This document shows, one piece after another, positions 63,892 through 64,000 of a DNA stretch of 64,000 bases; the first letter of the stretch is position 1; every line of letters begins with the position of its first letter. Made by a program: the position numbers and the translations under genes. Source of the stretch: Sphaerodactylus townsendi (taxonomy: Eukaryota); assembly GCF_021028975.2 (NCBI RefSeq), contig NC_059432.1, positions 72,540,001-72,604,000 of the forward strand, written 5' to 3'. The notes beneath the pieces were generated by a model. That model searched no databases, was not told the DNA's origin, and saw only the letters and a list, made by a program, of their open reading frames with translations.

Positions 63892-64000
63892 CTGCCATTA
63901 ATCAAAGCTGTAAATTAGATGGAATCAAAATGGATCGAATTTCTTCTTTTCATTCCCCATGAAATGGATGTACAAAAGGGGCCTGCTGCCTGTATGCTGC

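Overview
Vertebrate genomic DNA, most likely a squamate reptile and probably a gecko, judged from the SINE, L2, CR1, hAT, Harbinger and Penelope repeat content; there is one 183-N gap at 27633-27815. On the + strand are the last six coding exons of UBXN7, a complete 4-coding-exon TM4SF19 (208 aa), and an intronless, open MPZL1 (PZR) retrocopy encoding signal peptide + Ig-V + a new hydrophobic tail, with no TM or ITIM region. On the - strand are an intact NEU4 sialidase (3 coding exons, about 509 aa), a GAL3ST2 copy with three lesions (nonsense codon, 849-bp MITE in the catalytic exon, frameshift), and the last two exons of D2HGDH. Most interesting: (1) the MPZL1 retrocopy, a candidate soluble or GPI-anchored decoy, possibly fed by an orphan TATA promoter and leader exon 3.7 kb upstream; (2) the MITE disrupting GAL3ST2, which is CpG- and promoter-motif-rich and carries outward-facing splice donors in both TIRs; (3) a Penelope-type minimal hammerhead ribozyme in sense orientation in the probable D2HGDH 3' UTR. 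Gene identities come from my recall of the protein families and synteny; no searches were run.
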